Source: the human T2T-CHM13v2.0 reference genome, Homo sapiens. From it: a stretch of 64,000 nt of DNA. Both the position numbers and the translations under genes were made by a program. This document shows positions 61,958-64,000 of the stretch, piece after piece (position 1 is the stretch's first letter; the number at the start of each line of letters is the position of its first letter). Where the stretch lies: assembly GCF_009914755.1 (NCBI RefSeq), contig NC_060947.1, one strand, 5' to 3'. The notes below the pieces were generated by a model. It did not search any database. It was not told where the DNA came from and worked only from the letters and a program-made list of their open reading frames with translations.

Positions 61958-62702
61958 GGTACTTTGCCCATTTTTATTTGGATTATTTGTTCCTTTTTGG
62001 TATTGAGTTGTATGGATTCCTTATGTATTTTGGAAATTAACTTATTATACATGTGATTGACAAATATTTTCTCACATTCTGTAGACTTTTCATTTTGTTA
62101 CTTGGTTTCTTTGCTATGTAGTTTAGTTTTGCTTTTGTTGCCTGTGCTTTTGGTGTCATATTCAAAAAATCATTGTCAAGACCAATGTCAAGGAGCTTTA
62201 CCACTATGTTATCTTTCAAAAGTTTTATGGTTTCAGGTCCTACGTTAAGGTCTTTAATTCATTTCAAGTTAATTTTTGTAATAGGAGACCAATTTCATTC
62301 TTTTACATGTGGATATGCAGTTTTCCCAACACCATTTATTGAAGAGACTGTCCTTTCCCCAATGTGTATTTTTGGCATGCTTGTCAAATATTAGTTGATC
62401 ACATATATGTGGGTTTATTTCCAGGCTCTCAGTTCTGTTCCAATTATCTATGTGTCTGTTTTTATGCCAGGACCATACATTTTGAATGCTATGGATTTGA
62501 AATAAAGTTTGAAATCAGTGTCATGCCTCCAGTTTATTCTTCTTGAATCTGTATATTGCTTTGGGTAGTATGAATTTTTATCTTAATGTTTTTATCACAT
62601 CACTCTTACAAGAGTAAGAGTTTTTATATGTTGATTTTGTATCTTGCAACTTTACTAAATTATTTTATTATCACTAAAGGTTTGCCATTCTAAAAAATCT
62701 TT

Positions 62703-62840
62703 GGCTGGGCATGGTGGCTCACACCCATAATCCTAGCACTTTGGAAGGCCTAGGCAGGAGGACAACTTGAAGCCAGGAGTTCAAGGTCAGCTTGGGAAAC
62801 ATGATGAGGCCCTGTCTCAGAAAAGGAAAAAAGAAAAGCA
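62703..62840 (+). mobile_element. FLAM/Alu monomer
   Basis: GGCTGGGCATGGTGGCTCAC...CCAGGAGTTCAAGG...CCCTGTCTC plus A-rich tail; single arm. Confidence 0.85.
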
Positions 62841-64000
62841 GAAATCATTACAAAATAAAAATATTTTCCAAAAACCAACTCTTAATTTCATTCATCTTGT
62901 CTATTGTTTTTTAGTGCCTACTCTATTTATTTTTGCTCTAATTGACATTATTTTATTCACTTTGTAGATGTTGAGGTTAGTTTATTCTTTTTTTATAGTT
63001 CTTTGAGGTATAACATTAATTTGTTCACTGGGGATCTTTTTTCTTATTGTAATGGTTTATAGCTACAGATTTTCCTCTTAGAATTGCTATTGTTGTATCC
63101 CATAAGTTTTTGTATGTTGTGTTTCTATTTTCAATTGTCTTAAGATATTGTTTGATTTTCTCTTTGAATTCTTATTTGGCCCACTGGCTGTTCAAAGGTG
63201 TTTAATTTTCATGTATTTGGGATTTTTCCAAATTCCTCCTGTTATTGATTTATAGTTTTATAGCATTGCGGTCAGAAAATATACCTGATATGATTTTAAT
63301 CTTCTTGAATTTAATATGAGTTGCTTTGTGGCCTGTTGTATGATGTATCCTGAGAACATTTCATGTTTGCTTTAGAAAAATGTATATTTTGCTGCTGTTA
63401 GATGAAATGTTTTGTGTATATCTCTGGTTCATTCGATCTATAGCATTATTTCCTTCTTGATTTTTTGTCTGAACTGCCTAGTCATTGTGGAGAGTGCAGT
63501 ATTAAAGTCCCCTGCTATTATTATATTTCTATTTACTTCTCATTTCAATTATGCCAATATTTGCTTTATAAATGTAGATGCTCTAATGTTAGGTGCATAA
63601 GTATTTTAAATTTTTATATCATTTGATGAATTTTCCCTTTATTATTATATAACTATCTTGTCTCTTGTGACACTTTTTGAATAAAAAGGCTATTTTTTTC
63701 TGGCATAATTATACCCACCTCTGATCTCTTTTAGGTACCAATTGCATGGAGTATGTTTTTCTATCCCTTCTCTTTCAGCCTATGTGTGTCTCTAAAGCTA
63801 AATTGAGTATCTTGTACATAGTATATTTTTGTATCCTGTTTTTTATCCATTCATCATTCAGTGTCTTTTGATTGAATAACTTAATCCATTGACATTTAAA
63901 TAGCTATTAGACGTAAACAACTTACTATTGACATTTTATTCATTGTTTTCTGACTGTTTTGTAGTTCCTTTGTTACTTTCTTTCTTTCTTCCTTTGTGAT

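Larger units (their letters stand above)
56130..64000 (-). mobile_element. L1MA (MA9-like) LINE-1 split by MST, Tigger3, THE1 and FLAM insertions; may include a second L1 at the distal end
   Basis: 3' end 'tattgaggtataattgacaaaatt...gtgaaatgattatcacaat' continues after the MST as 'caagcgagttaacacatcc'; ORF2 antisense motifs continue to the window end. Confidence 0.82.

Overview
Primate (human-like) genomic DNA that is AT-rich, CpG-poor and made mostly of interspersed repeats: many L1 and ERV/MaLR LTR elements and few Alus. I find no intact protein-coding gene. The only gene-derived feature is a decayed MAGE-B-type pseudogene (+ strand, ~27963-28999). It is preceded by ~2.4 kb of a degenerate ~220-bp tandem array of MAGE-type promoter/first-exon units, and its 3' UTR is cut by MLT1 and an LTR-less class I ERV. 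MAGE-B plus high L1 density suggests the X chromosome, but this is inference. Also present: an ERV-L (HERV16-like) gag-pro-pol remnant with nested LTRs, three long L1M elements, a MER4-group provirus remnant, a solo LTR13 with a perfect TSD, full MST and THE1 elements, MADE1, Tigger3 and Alus. I see no convincing new biological system. The best leads are the MAGE promoter array, a 10-bp-phased GGTCA half-site array, a strong CTCF motif, an inverted LTR pair sharing one TSD, and several templated or duplicated junctions. Repeat subfamily names come from remembered consensus sequences, and many boundaries are approximate.
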